Below, one piece after another: positions 1-9,804 of a DNA stretch of 64,000 nt. This stretch comes from Alphaproteobacteria bacterium (GTDB lineage: Bacteria > Pseudomonadota > Alphaproteobacteria > Rs-D84): contig JAFZXK010000019.1 of the NCBI GenBank assembly GCA_017616785.1, forward strand, positions 5,321 to 69,320. The letters run 5' to 3'. The first letter of the stretch is position 1, and each line of letters begins with the position of its first letter. The position numbers and the translations under genes are program-made. The notes beneath the pieces are model-generated. The model saw only the letters and a program-made list of their open reading frames with translations, had not been told where the DNA came from and searched no databases.

Positions 1-99
1 CCCAGAACTTGTAACAACAAGTCCGGATTGCGTGTTTATGATGATTGATGTGAACCTGCGTGTGGCAGAAGGAACTTTGGAAAACCTGCCCTTTATGGT

Positions 100-225
100 C
101 TAGTGTTTTTTCAACACTTCTTGCGACAACATATTTACCAAACCGACAAATTCATCGGCGGTGATTTTGTATTCTGGATTTTTCGCAAAGAATTCCAATA
201 TTGCGGTATATAAAGGTTTCTCCAT
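100..225 (-). CDS. small hypothetical protein, 41 aa (MEKPLYTAILEFFAKNPEYKITADEFVGLVNMLSQEVLKKH)
   Basis: Below the ORF-track length cutoff. ATG at 225-223 is preceded by AAGGAG with a 6-nt spacer. Its stop shares a CTAG with a convergent + strand frame ending at 103. No family recognised. Confidence 0.3.
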   Translation of the reverse strand: MEKPLYTAILEFFAKNPEYKITADEFVGLVNMLSQEVLKKH

Positions 226-485
226 TTTTTGCTCCTTTAATTAGTTTTCGAAAATGTTAAAAGCATTAAAACGGTTGGATGTTCACGACTATTGACATCA
301 GAAAATAGTAGGCCTTATTCATTTATCTATTCGACCTCATCCAACCTTGGCCGGATGTTTTTTGTCATCGCTGACACTGATGTCGAACAATAAGATAGGC
401 CGTGACACCCAATTGGCGAAACACTAATTCATCAACACAGGGATAATATCATAGAAAAAGATTAAAATCAAAAGGAAAAAAATCC

Positions 486-1556
486 TTAGGACAAGAACGC
501 GGTAATCTGGTCTTGCATTTGAAATGTGCCAAGGACGACCCATGCAATCACACCCGATATTAGCAAAATACCAACAGTGTTCAACGCATCGGACAAAGAT
601 TCAATTTTCCGAACAGATTCTTCCAAATACTCGTTTGAAATATGATTAAGGTTTTCATCAAAATCGTTCATATCCGAATACACCGCCAAATCGCCAATCA
701 ATTCTTGGCTTGGAAAATCCAGCCCTGTATTTTGCAATGCATTCCCAAGGTTATCACCGTTCGCAATATGTCGCAAAGTTTTATCCAAAATATTGCGCAG
801 ATATTTATTTGCATTATCGGCAATAACACGCATCGCGTCCGGTATGGAAACGCCCGCGGAAACCATCGCGGCCATTGACATCATCCAACCAACCGAAACA
901 CGAATCTTATAAATATTCCATGGTGGCAACTTATCAAAAAACGCGCGCAACCGCCCCGACCAAGTCGGCAAAGATAACCACGAAAAAACTATAACTAAAC
1001 AAAAAACGAACGCGATAAATTTCCAATACTTTCCCGCCCATTCCGATAGCCAAATCAAAGACGCCGCACCACCGGTCCAAACCATACCTTCACCGGCAAC
1101 CTCGGCCAACGGCGGCACAAGGTAAATTCCAACCATAATGATAATGCCGAACACCAAAACCAACAATAATAACGGATACGCAATTGCGCCGAACACCGCA
1201 CGACCGATGCGTTTATTTGCAACAACAATTCGACCAACATTTTCAAGTGCGACAATCAAACTTGACATATTACTGGATGTAAGCAGTAATGTTTCTTCGG
1301 TTGGAATCCAACCACGCGTGGCCTCGGAAAAACTAAGCCCGCGTTCAAGATTCATTTCCCATTCGCGCAAACATATTGCAAAAGGTTCGTTCGGCCGCGC
1401 CCCACCGTGGGATTCCGTCATTTGCAAACGATTCAACGCATTCACCAATGTAAAATCGTTTTTAAGCAACGACACCAATTTGCGCCAAATCGCAATACGC
1501 TTGTCGGTGCTAAACCGACAAACCATTTTTGCATAAAAAATTTCAACACTTGTCAT
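486..1556 (-). CDS. type II secretion/type IV pilus platform protein, GspF/PilC family (PilR-like of IncI/PAPI-1 type IVb pili)
   Basis: 356 aa polytopic protein with GspF-type layout (cytoplasmic helical domains alternating with TM segments). Lies directly downstream (3-nt gap) of a GspE/PilB-type ATPase. Confidence 0.7.
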   Translation of the reverse strand: MTSVEIFYAKMVCRFSTDKRIAIWRKLVSLLKNDFTLVNALNRLQMTESHGGARPNEPFAICLREWEMNLERGLSFSEATRGWIPTEETLLLTSSNMSSLIVALENVGRIVVANKRIGRAVFGAIAYPLLLLVLVFGIIIMVGIYLVPPLAEVAGEGMVWTGGAASLIWLSEWAGKYWKFIAFVFCLVIVFSWLSLPTWSGRLRAFFDKLPPWNIYKIRVSVGWMMSMAAMVSAGVSIPDAMRVIADNANKYLRNILDKTLRHIANGDNLGNALQNTGLDFPSQELIGDLAVYSDMNDFDENLNHISNEYLEESVRKIESLSDALNTVGILLISGVIAWVVLGTFQMQDQITAFLS

Positions 1557-1558
1557 TT

Positions 1559-3181
1559 TTAGTAAACCCCCGGTCTATCCAGCAACCCAACCCAACGTTC
1601 CAATTCATCAACACCAATTATACCCTGTAACATCAACGAACACGCAGATTCTTTTAATGTGCGACCGTCCATTTCTTCCAACCAATACTTTACCGCTTCG
1701 TCGGTTTGTCCGGCAAGTGCCAATTGCAAGAAATCACTGTTCGTTATAATTATTTCTCCCGCCTTGATACGCCCCATTGTTCCGGTTCCGTTACAGTGTT
1801 CACATCCCGGACCACGAACATAAACTTGATTTAAACCCAAATCGCCAAAGGCATCAACCACGCGACCATATTCTGAATATTCTGGGTGATTTATCAACCG
1901 TTCACGACAATACGGACAAAGCCGTTTGAACAAACGCATAGAAATAAGTCCGCGCATCATTGTTTCTTCTTTTAACTTAAACGATTCGACCCCCATATCC
2001 AACAATCGTACCAAAGCCGCCATCGCAGAATTCGCGTGCAAAGTTGTCCAAACATTATGCCCTGAAAGCGCACCTTTGACCGTCAATTGTGCCGCGGCCA
2101 AAGTTCGAATTTCACCAACCATCAATGTATCAGGGTCACTGCGCAATGCGGCCGCCAACGCTTCGGTATATTCGTTTTCGCGTTGTTCTTCGTTAACAGT
2201 ATTCACAACCGGAATTTGGTGCGCACCAAAGATTTTTTGTTCAACCGGGTCTTCAACAGTAATAAGGTTTATTTCGTAATGATGTTCTTTTAACATCAAC
2301 ACCATATTGCGAACAAGTGTCGTTGATTTACCGGAACTGGTTGGACCCGCAACAACAACCAGACCTGTTGGAAACGAACGCAACCGATGCAAAAGTTTCT
2401 GTTCATATTTTCCAAATTCTTGTTCGGTTGTAATACTTTGCGACGGGTTGTCATAAAGCAATCGCATAACAACATATCGCGACCCGAACGCAACCGGATT
2501 GAATTGCATACGAATACTAAGCACACCTTCGGGCAAATATAAATCCTTTGTCCCACGCAGCGGCGTCCGACCATCTTTTTGTGCGGATTGATATTCGTTT
2601 TGTGCATAGTTTGAATTTGAAATATCCGCCGACGCGAACGCGGCACGAACAAAAGATTCGCCCCACCCCGAATTAAATTCTAAAACGGGTTGCATACTGC
2701 CATCTATACGAAAATAAATTGTTGTTTGGTCTGCAACCTCTATATGAATATCAGAAACTTTTTGGGCGGCGGCCTTAGCAACTATATCGATAAAATCTTT
2801 CTGCATTTGATTGTTGTAATCGACACGCGACCGCGACCCACCAAGTTTACTTTCATAATGTTTATATACCGCCGAAAGCAAACCTAAATCAGAATAAAAC
2901 GGCGACAACATAGCGCGATTTTTCTTTCGCAATAAATCAAGGAACGCAAGCACCCGCCCATCATACCGATGTGTCCGCGAAATAATCAAACCGCCATTTG
3001 AAAAATACGCTAATAAACCCTGGGTTTCTTTTGGTAATTCAAATTCACCACCACTTGCGGTTAGTAATTTATTATTTTCAGAAAAAAGATATTCCACAAT
3101 TTCATCCGCGTCCGCCCGTTCCATGCCAACGGGCACAGTTGGTCTTTTATCAAAAGAAATATCTTCTGAAAAATCTTTCAT
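1559..3181 (-). CDS. GspE/PilB-family secretion ATPase (PilQ-like ATPase of type IVb pili)
   Basis: Walker A GPTSSGKSTT, Asp/His box region (LMVGEIR, HNVWTTLH), and tetracysteine motif CPYC...CEHC typical of GspE/PilB ATPases. Confidence 0.85.
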   Translation of the reverse strand: MKDFSEDISFDKRPTVPVGMERADADEIVEYLFSENNKLLTASGGEFELPKETQGLLAYFSNGGLIISRTHRYDGRVLAFLDLLRKKNRAMLSPFYSDLGLLSAVYKHYESKLGGSRSRVDYNNQMQKDFIDIVAKAAAQKVSDIHIEVADQTTIYFRIDGSMQPVLEFNSGWGESFVRAAFASADISNSNYAQNEYQSAQKDGRTPLRGTKDLYLPEGVLSIRMQFNPVAFGSRYVVMRLLYDNPSQSITTEQEFGKYEQKLLHRLRSFPTGLVVVAGPTSSGKSTTLVRNMVLMLKEHHYEINLITVEDPVEQKIFGAHQIPVVNTVNEEQRENEYTEALAAALRSDPDTLMVGEIRTLAAAQLTVKGALSGHNVWTTLHANSAMAALVRLLDMGVESFKLKEETMMRGLISMRLFKRLCPYCRERLINHPEYSEYGRVVDAFGDLGLNQVYVRGPGCEHCNGTGTMGRIKAGEIIITNSDFLQLALAGQTDEAVKYWLEEMDGRTLKESACSLMLQGIIGVDELERWVGLLDRPGVY

Positions 3182-3183
3182 TT

Positions 3184-3861
3184 TTAATTACCATTTGCAA
3201 CATTCAGTGTTTGAATTTCACCGTCCTTTGAAAACACAACACCTTCGTCCAAAGATATAGATTTAACCGTATATCCATCCAAATCTTTACCAACACTCAA
3301 CTTTTTATTTTGACCATTAGCCAGGTCTTGAACGGTTGCCTGCAACTGCGAACCGGCACCATATACATTTAACAATTTATATTTTTTTGTTATTTCGGTT
3401 TCCGCCTTTGGTTGCGGTTGTTCGCTGTATACGGGTTGCGCCGGCGCATACGATGGCGTTGGCGTTGCGACGCGGGCCGTCAATGCCTCGCGTTCATTTT
3501 CCAAACGCTTTGCTTCATTTTGCAAACGCGCACGTTCTGTTTCAAATTCTTGCTGTTGCTGTTCTGCGCGGCCGGACAAAGTATCAATTTCCATATGCAA
3601 CTTTATTTTTTCCGCCGCCAATCTATCCAAATCAAGATTTAACTGCGCGCGTTCTTTTTCCAATTGCATTAAAACTTTTTCTTGTTCCAAATCCGTGATT
3701 TGTTGAAAAAGTGAACCGTTTACATCGTATTGTTCTATTGCATCTGCGGAAAATTGTTCATTTGCCGCATCATCAACATCAACAACAACATCAACCGCAT
3801 AAGACACCGATGTTACTCCAAACACAAACGCACATAATAAAAGTTTAATTTTGTTTTGCAT
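3184..3861 (-). CDS. PilP-like type IVb pilus biogenesis protein (signal peptide, long coiled coil, C-terminal beta domain)
   Basis: N-terminal signal sequence MQNKIKLLLCAFVFGVTSVSYA and Q/E/R/L-rich coiled coil. The C-terminal segment YKLLNVYGAGSQLQATVQDL...GYTVKSISLDEGVVF resembles PilP-family domains. Position between the PilO-like gene and the ATPase matches the pilO-P-Q-R order. Confidence 0.5.
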   Translation of the reverse strand: MQNKIKLLLCAFVFGVTSVSYAVDVVVDVDDAANEQFSADAIEQYDVNGSLFQQITDLEQEKVLMQLEKERAQLNLDLDRLAAEKIKLHMEIDTLSGRAEQQQQEFETERARLQNEAKRLENEREALTARVATPTPSYAPAQPVYSEQPQPKAETEITKKYKLLNVYGAGSQLQATVQDLANGQNKKLSVGKDLDGYTVKSISLDEGVVFSKDGEIQTLNVANGN

Positions 3862-5131
3862 AGATTATCACCTCATAGTTCCATGTTTTTCTGTTGGCAT
3901 TCCATGACACTTTTGTCATATAAACACCACCAAAATCTTCAAAAATTTTCATTAACTCATCTGGTATAAATTTTGTTTCCACTGTTATTTCTGCGAAATA
4001 TACATCGGCCGATTGCGAACCATTTGAAAAAACCTCAACACTTGGCGAAACATTTGCGTCTATATTTATCGATTGGAAACGACTTGTCAATTCGCGCACA
4101 ATTGTATCAACATCGCGCAAATCATAAGATGGATATAACTCACGTTCCGGCAACTTTGCACGAACCAAAATTTCATCATCGTTCATTTCTTGGACAAAAA
4201 CCCCGGGCATAATATCACCGGCAATAATGTAAAAATCGTCCAATGTTCCAAAAGACCGCTTAAACCTTGCCGTGACATATGCTTCACCACATTCAACCAT
4301 TGTTTGATTCCAACCAATAATCTGTTGCATTAAAAAGCCAATCGCCCGATAACATAAATCTGCGCGTTCAAATGGGTCCGGCAAAGAATCAAACGGCAAC
4401 ACAAGTGGTTGATACACCGGTTCTTGCCTTATATTAAATTGTTCGTCCAGCTCCCTATCTTTTTCTTCAATTTTTCGTTTATATTCTGCGGCCAATTCCG
4501 GATTTATTTTTGAAATTTGTGGCTTTGGCACAAAGACCCGATTTATCGGTTCACGAAAGAGATACAGAAACGCCAAGGCAAAAATAACAAACAAAACCAA
4601 AGACATTATCCCGGACGCAAAACGACTTATCGGACGCAACACACCATGAACACGACCGGAAATCAAATCCAATAAATTTCTATCGACCGCGCGTGGAATT
4701 CCCCAAGACGCCGGCGCAAATGTCGCATTCCAATCAGGAATATCATTTAATTCTGCATATTTTTCACGCGCGCTGTTTTCGTCATTAAATAACAAATCTT
4801 GTAAAATAACACCGTTTCTAACCGCGACCAAAACGAATTTATCTTGGACCCTGAACGCGCCAAGCATCGAAGAATACCCCGGCAAAGCATTTATAATTTC
4901 GATTGCGATTGACGGCATTCCTGACCGCAAACCATTAGACCGCGCGCCAAGCCCGACCATTTCATTATATCGAATATAAAGGTTCAAACGCCGGTCAATT
5001 CCATTTGCCAATTTCTGCGCATACGCCCGCGTGGTAAAGCCGGCCACCATCGGTTGCCATATCAATCCCGATGCATATTTTTTTCGTTTAATATAGATAT
5101 ATTGACCTGACAAATTCTCTCTCTGGTTCAC
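3845..5131 (-). CDS. PilO-like (IncI/PAPI-1 PilO2-type) type IVb pilus biogenesis protein, bitopic
   Basis: 428 aa with a single central TM segment (IMSLVLFVIFALAFLYLF). First gene of the four-gene block, and its size and position match R64 pilO. No motif-level proof. Confidence 0.4.
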   Translation of the reverse strand: MNQRENLSGQYIYIKRKKYASGLIWQPMVAGFTTRAYAQKLANGIDRRLNLYIRYNEMVGLGARSNGLRSGMPSIAIEIINALPGYSSMLGAFRVQDKFVLVAVRNGVILQDLLFNDENSAREKYAELNDIPDWNATFAPASWGIPRAVDRNLLDLISGRVHGVLRPISRFASGIMSLVLFVIFALAFLYLFREPINRVFVPKPQISKINPELAAEYKRKIEEKDRELDEQFNIRQEPVYQPLVLPFDSLPDPFERADLCYRAIGFLMQQIIGWNQTMVECGEAYVTARFKRSFGTLDDFYIIAGDIMPGVFVQEMNDDEILVRAKLPERELYPSYDLRDVDTIVRELTSRFQSINIDANVSPSVEVFSNGSQSADVYFAEITVETKFIPDELMKIFEDFGGVYMTKVSWNANRKTWNYEVIIYAKQN

Positions 5132-5168
5132 CCGAAAAGATTATAACACAAAACGAATATCTAATTCC

Positions 5169-5202
5169 AGTGTTAATTATAGTGATGAGTGTTAGTGTAA
5201 GT
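5169..5202 (+). repeat. degenerate heptad array, TTAGTG(G)-type on + strand
   Basis: agtgttaattatagtgatgagtgttagtgtaagt. Residues 5181-5197 form a 15/17 inverted match with 5234-5250. Confidence 0.7.
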
Positions 5203-5210
5203 TATTAAAG

Positions 5211-5232
5211 AAAAACGGGCGCAACCGCGCCC
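5211..5232 (-). terminator. rho-independent terminator after the 143-aa lipoprotein gene
   Basis: GGGCGC-aacc-GCGCCC hairpin followed, on the minus strand, by a T-run (aaaaa on +). Confidence 0.65.
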
Positions 5233-5233
5233 G

Positions 5234-5265
5234 CACTAACACCAATCACTAACCACTTACACTTA
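5234..5265 (-). repeat. degenerate heptad array (CCACTAA-type on + strand) containing the stop codon of the lipoprotein gene
   Basis: cactaacaccaatcactaaccacttacactta. The stop codon (5263-5265) is the last unit of the array. Confidence 0.75.
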
Positions 5266-5694
5266 TTGCACGCATCCGCCGCCGGCGACACCACCAAATG
5301 CACCGCCACATGGTTTCAATTCATATTCCGGCATTGGTTTATCAGTTTTTGTAGTTTTTACCGCGTGTATATTTGGACATTCATAAACATTGGCCGCCAA
5401 AACAAATGCGCGTTCCGGTCCGAACAAAACCCATTCATTTGGTCTTGTCCGTTGGCTAACCAACCAATAGGCATTACCCGGTCGCGCCTGGTCCGCGATA
5501 CGGTTTTCCAAATAGCGCCGTGCGTCTTCTTGGTCGTAAACAGAAACTTCGGATTCTATTTTATAAAGAAAAATACACCCAATCGGTTCACCATCAAGTT
5601 TCTTGATATACTCACTGCCATTTTCATTTTTAATATACCCGCCACAACCGCAAAGCGCAAGCAATCCAAAAAACAAACCAAGATATTTTTTCAT
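5263..5694 (-). CDS. small lipoprotein (possibly DUF4156-like)
   Basis: Lipobox LLALCGCGG after a hydrophobic leader. 143 aa with a Gly/Cys-rich C-terminus. The family assignment is tentative. Confidence 0.6.
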   Translation of the reverse strand: MKKYLGLFFGLLALCGCGGYIKNENGSEYIKKLDGEPIGCIFLYKIESEVSVYDQEDARRYLENRIADQARPGNAYWLVSQRTRPNEWVLFGPERAFVLAANVYECPNIHAVKTTKTDKPMPEYELKPCGGAFGGVAGGGCVQ

Positions 5695-5717
5695 TATAAA
5701 TCCCCTCTTTTAATTTT

Positions 5718-6677
5718 TTACGCGTCTATTATATCATAATTATCTGAATTACTAAACAATTTTTTAAGTAACATGTTGTTCATTGCATGGCTGCCTTTAT
5801 AAGATTCCAAATTACCAACAATAAAACCGCCCGATGTGAACATATCGCCAATTGCATCAATAATTTTATGCCGCACAAATTCATCAGGCCAATAAATACG
5901 ATTTAATGTTTTTTCGCCGCCATAGTCCAAAACAATAACATTTTTTTCATCCGCACCGCGCGCCATACCATGCGCTTTTAGGTAGCTCCATTCTGAATAT
6001 TTCCCAAATGTCCGCGCAGACGCAATATTTTTTATAAAATTTTCAACCGACCACTTTGTTTCATCAAAAGAATACACAAAACTTTGTTTTCCAATAATTG
6101 GCTCTGGGTACACCAATGTCGCCTTGATATTCAGGGCTTTATCCTTTGACGGCGAAAGTTTAACAAACCCGTCCGACCGCCGCCCGGAAAATAAATTTGA
6201 AAAAAATATAGTTACGCGTTGCCAAATCGGCAACCCACGCAAAACTTCACGCGCGGTGACAACAATGGGTTTTCTCACAATAATTTTTTTATATTTTCCT
6301 TTTGTAACACCGGCCTCTATTATTCGGCGATAAAACAAACTTGCACTGCCGTTCATAATTGGGACTTCGGCACCATCAACATCAATCAACGCACTATCAA
6401 CCCCCGCGATAAAAAGTGCCGCCATCAAATGTTCAATTGTTTTCACATGCGCGCCATTCAAATTACCAATTGTTGTATTACGCATTTTTGTATCCGAAAC
6501 ATTATCATATGTTGCGGCAATCAAAGATTTATCATCCAAATCAACACGACGAAAGAATATTCCCGGTTTATCAAAAGGCCGCACAACCATATTCACCGGC
6601 AATCCCGAATGAATACCGACACCCGAACATACAACATTTTCTTTTAATGTGCGCAATTTAATTTCTCCTTTAACCAA
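5718..6677 (-). CDS. lpxC: UDP-3-O-acyl-N-acetylglucosamine deacetylase
   Basis: RTLKENVVCSGVGIHSG N-terminus and HKIIDAIGDM motif. The true start is probably the internal TTG at 6656, preceded by AAAGGAG. Confidence 0.9.
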   Translation of the reverse strand: MVKGEIKLRTLKENVVCSGVGIHSGLPVNMVVRPFDKPGIFFRRVDLDDKSLIAATYDNVSDTKMRNTTIGNLNGAHVKTIEHLMAALFIAGVDSALIDVDGAEVPIMNGSASLFYRRIIEAGVTKGKYKKIIVRKPIVVTAREVLRGLPIWQRVTIFFSNLFSGRRSDGFVKLSPSKDKALNIKATLVYPEPIIGKQSFVYSFDETKWSVENFIKNIASARTFGKYSEWSYLKAHGMARGADEKNVIVLDYGGEKTLNRIYWPDEFVRHKIIDAIGDMFTSGGFIVGNLESYKGSHAMNNMLLKKLFSNSDNYDIIDA

Positions 6678-7558
6678 TCAAAAAATCTGTCGTCTATTTT
6701 TGTTTCCAATCGCGCAAATTTTATTTTTTCACGCACATCCGCCGGTAATCTCACCCAATCTTTTTCGGTGGTAACAAGTTTTGCTTTTTTACGTTTTGCG
6801 CTTTCAAACAAACCTTCTATATCTTTTTCTGTATATTGATAATGGTCGCCAAATCCGCGCCGCGCCACAACCCCCGAAAGCGAATTAAAGAACTTTTTCG
6901 GATACCCAATTCCGGCAAAAGCAAATAACCGTTCACCCTTTGGATACGGCGACACAGTTTTATTTTCGGCGTAAAAAATCGGAATCCCGGTTGGCAAAGC
7001 AAACTTTTTGCGTGGATTTTTATTTCTTATCACAATAATTGCATCGGCATTTTGAATATGCTTTTTTGTTTCGCGTAACGGACCCGCTGGTAACAAAAAC
7101 CCATTACCAAACCCCATACCTTCATCAAAGACATAAATAGAAATATCCTTGGCAATCGATGGATTTTGCAAACCATCATCCATAACAATTGGCCCATTAT
7201 CACCCTTTTGCCGATTTAACAACAATATATTACTTTTTCGATGACCAACATGAACCGCAATTCCATCAGACATAAGCATTGCGGCCTCGTCCCCGATATT
7301 GTTTGTGCTTGCCGTCCTTTTGTAACCACGCATAACCACGGGCGCATCTAAAAAATTTGCAATTATCCGCACAATAGGCGTCTTGCCCACACCACCGGCA
7401 AAAATTCCACCAACACAAATAATTTTGCGCCGCGATTTATACGCAAACAATTTCCGCCATCCATAAACAACGCGCCCTATTCCATAATAAATGAACGCTA
7501 TGGGTAATAATAAAAAACTAAGCGGCGTTTTATGTAAAAACCACCAAGGTGTCTTCAT
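6644..7558 (-). CDS. lpxK: tetraacyldisaccharide 4'-kinase
   Basis: P-loop GGIFAGGVGKTPIV characteristic of LpxK. 304 aa. Confidence 0.85.
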   Translation of the reverse strand: MKTPWWFLHKTPLSFLLLPIAFIYYGIGRVVYGWRKLFAYKSRRKIICVGGIFAGGVGKTPIVRIIANFLDAPVVMRGYKRTASTNNIGDEAAMLMSDGIAVHVGHRKSNILLLNRQKGDNGPIVMDDGLQNPSIAKDISIYVFDEGMGFGNGFLLPAGPLRETKKHIQNADAIIVIRNKNPRKKFALPTGIPIFYAENKTVSPYPKGERLFAFAGIGYPKKFFNSLSGVVARRGFGDHYQYTEKDIEGLFESAKRKKAKLVTTEKDWVRLPADVREKIKFARLETKIDDRFFDWLKEKLNCAH

Positions 7559-7559
7559 T

Positions 7560-8339
7560 TTATTTATACCTTTTTGTAAGTTTTGGTTCCCTGCCCTCTC
7601 TCTTTGCCTTTTTGAAATCAGCGGCTTTCAAATCCTGTTCCACCACCGGCAAACCAAATTCCGCATCTAATTCACGCAGTTGCCCAACCATAGTATTTTC
7701 TAATTCCTTGCGACGCGCTTCAAAATCACCGTCCGATATTTTTGAATCAATATACATCGGTTCCCCAACAATACACTTTACGCGCGTAAAAGGATAGACC
7801 AACAAATACCTATCCCACCGGCGTTGAATCCAAACATGCCGCGCCGAAAAGCAAACCGGAATAATCGGCGCGCCGGTCATTTTTGCAAAATAAAGCGCAC
7901 CTTCTTGGACACGCAGCGACGGTCCACCCGGACCATCCGGGGAAATACAAAGCGAATGGTCGCCACGCCGTAAAACCCGCACCCCATCGCGCAAGACAGA
8001 TAAACCGCCATTATGTGAACTGCCATAAATCGCGCGCAGACCAAAAAGATGTTGTAACTTTGCCATCATACGACCATCTTTGTGTTTGCTTGCCACCGCA
8101 TACGATTTCATACCACCCAAACATACAATCGGCGACAACATAAAACTGCGCCCGTGCCAGAACACAAAAATTGCCGGTTTATGCCGAAATTTCTTAAAAG
8201 TTTCATAATTTACAATCTTTTTCCGACATGTAAAATACACAAACCACATCAGCATCGCCATAACCCCGGCGATAATCCATTGAAACAGCGCCAACCCCAG
8301 AATTGGTTCCCAAAACTTTTTCCAAATCTTTCTAAACAT
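7560..8339 (-). CDS. DUF374-family (lysophospholipid acyltransferase-like) protein
   Basis: FWHGR...SPDGPGGP motifs typical of DUF374, a family usually found beside waaA/lpxK in alphaproteobacteria. Confidence 0.7.
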   Translation of the reverse strand: MFRKIWKKFWEPILGLALFQWIIAGVMAMLMWFVYFTCRKKIVNYETFKKFRHKPAIFVFWHGRSFMLSPIVCLGGMKSYAVASKHKDGRMMAKLQHLFGLRAIYGSSHNGGLSVLRDGVRVLRRGDHSLCISPDGPGGPSLRVQEGALYFAKMTGAPIIPVCFSARHVWIQRRWDRYLLVYPFTRVKCIVGEPMYIDSKISDGDFEARRKELENTMVGQLRELDAEFGLPVVEQDLKAADFKKAKREGREPKLTKRYK

Positions 8340-8398
8340 AACAACGCAATTTTACCAACAAAAAAATCAGATTTCAAGCACACAGTAGGTATTGCGAC

Positions 8399-9100
8399 CT
8401 AGCCGCCGAAATAAACCCAAATTGCGAGTGGCCCCAAAACCGCGGTCATAAGGCCGGATAATACTATAGTCAAACTGCTAAAAGAACCTTCAATTTGGCC
8501 CATTTCCATCGCTTTGACGGTCCCGGCGGCGTGCGCCGCGTTTCCAATCGCTATTCCGCGCGATATCGGGTTTTTAAGTTTCAACCACTTACATAATTTA
8601 TCACTAACCGATGCACCCAAAATTCCTGTCACTATCACTGCCGATACGGTCAAAGATACAATTCCGCCAAGTTTTCTGGTTATTCCGACCGCCAAAGCCG
8701 TAGTTACTGAAATCGACACCAAAGACCGCGCAATCACATCCGCCAAACCAAATAAAATTACAACTATACAAACCGACGCAACGGACGCCACACACCCAAC
8801 AAAAACCGCAAAAAGTATAGTCCAAATATGTCTTTTCAAAAGCGGTAATTGCCGATACATCGGCACGGCAAAGCAAACCGTTATTGGGACAAGAAAATAT
8901 GTTAAATACTTTGCACTAAAATTATAGTTTTCATACGGAATTCTGAACAAAAGCAAAAAAGCAATAACTATCATTGTTGCCAAAAAAAGCGGTGTAGTAA
9001 AAGGATTTGGAAATTTTTTATTTATAAAACTTGCGACAACAAATGCGCCCACGGTCAGAACCACACCAAAATATATCGAAGATGTTATCATTTCCATCAT
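8399..9100 (-). CDS. lrgB: LrgB/CidB-family membrane protein
   Basis: 233 aa polytopic protein overlapping (ATGA-type) a LrgA-like holin-like gene. LrgB-type sequence features. Confidence 0.75.
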   Translation of the reverse strand: MMEMITSSIYFGVVLTVGAFVVASFINKKFPNPFTTPLFLATMIVIAFLLLFRIPYENYNFSAKYLTYFLVPITVCFAVPMYRQLPLLKRHIWTILFAVFVGCVASVASVCIVVILFGLADVIARSLVSISVTTALAVGITRKLGGIVSLTVSAVIVTGILGASVSDKLCKWLKLKNPISRGIAIGNAAHAAGTVKAMEMGQIEGSFSSLTIVLSGLMTAVLGPLAIWVYFGG

Positions 9101-9450
9101 TTTTTATCCCTATGATTAAGGAAAAAATCCGCGGTTTTTCCGGTTATAACCATTGTAACAAAATATGCCAATACTAACATAAGAACTAAATACACCCATA
9201 TTCCCGATATTTCCGGCCAAATATCAATGACCGCCACCGCCGGCGCAACAAAGAACAACGCCATAACACTGTGAAACCAATCGGCGACATCTGCAACCCA
9301 CTCTAATTTTACAACTTTTACACAAAGCGCAATGAATAACAGCAACAAACCATAAATACTGCCGGCGATAGGCAACGGTATCAGGTATTCACACAATTCC
9401 CCAAGGAATACAAAAAACAAAATTATCATAAATTGAAGCAAATACCGCAT
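9097..9450 (-). CDS. lrgA: CidA/LrgA-family holin-like protein
   Basis: About 117 aa with four TM segments, directly upstream of lrgB. ATG at 9450 is preferred over the GTG at 9486. Confidence 0.7.
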   Translation of the reverse strand: MRYLLQFMIILFFVFLGELCEYLIPLPIAGSIYGLLLLFIALCVKVVKLEWVADVADWFHSVMALFFVAPAVAVIDIWPEISGIWVYLVLMLVLAYFVTMVITGKTADFFLNHRDKK

Positions 9451-9557
9451 ATGACTCTCTCTGACAAGTATTTTACCTAAAAACACAAAAAATTAAAAGA
9501 ACAAATTGTTTTTCGTTTGACAAATAAAAAAGAACATATATAATAATTCGCGTTTAT

Positions 9558-9634
<77 letters not shown>

Positions 9635-9647
9635 GTTTAAACAAAAA

Positions 9648-9676
9648 ACGCACCAATTTTTGGTGTGTTTTTTTGT
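9648..9676 (+). terminator. rho-independent terminator after tRNA-fMet
   Basis: acgcacca-atttt-tggtgtgt hairpin followed by a T-run. Confidence 0.65.
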
Positions 9677-9804
9677 TTAAATCGTTTGTGGTCCCTGGTT
9701 TGTAAGCCGCAACGAAGTTGCCGGTTCAAAATTTGTATATGAGAACGAGCATCAGCGAAGTTCGAATAACTACAAATTTGCGCGCAGACACTTTGTGTCG
9801 AGCG

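Noticed and set aside
2-103. A + strand frame open from the window edge to a TAG at 101-103 (…SPDCVFMMIDVNLRVAEGTLENLPFMV).
   Set aside because: Only 33 codons are visible and I cannot assign a family. It may be the 3' end of a real gene, but this cannot be supported from this fragment.
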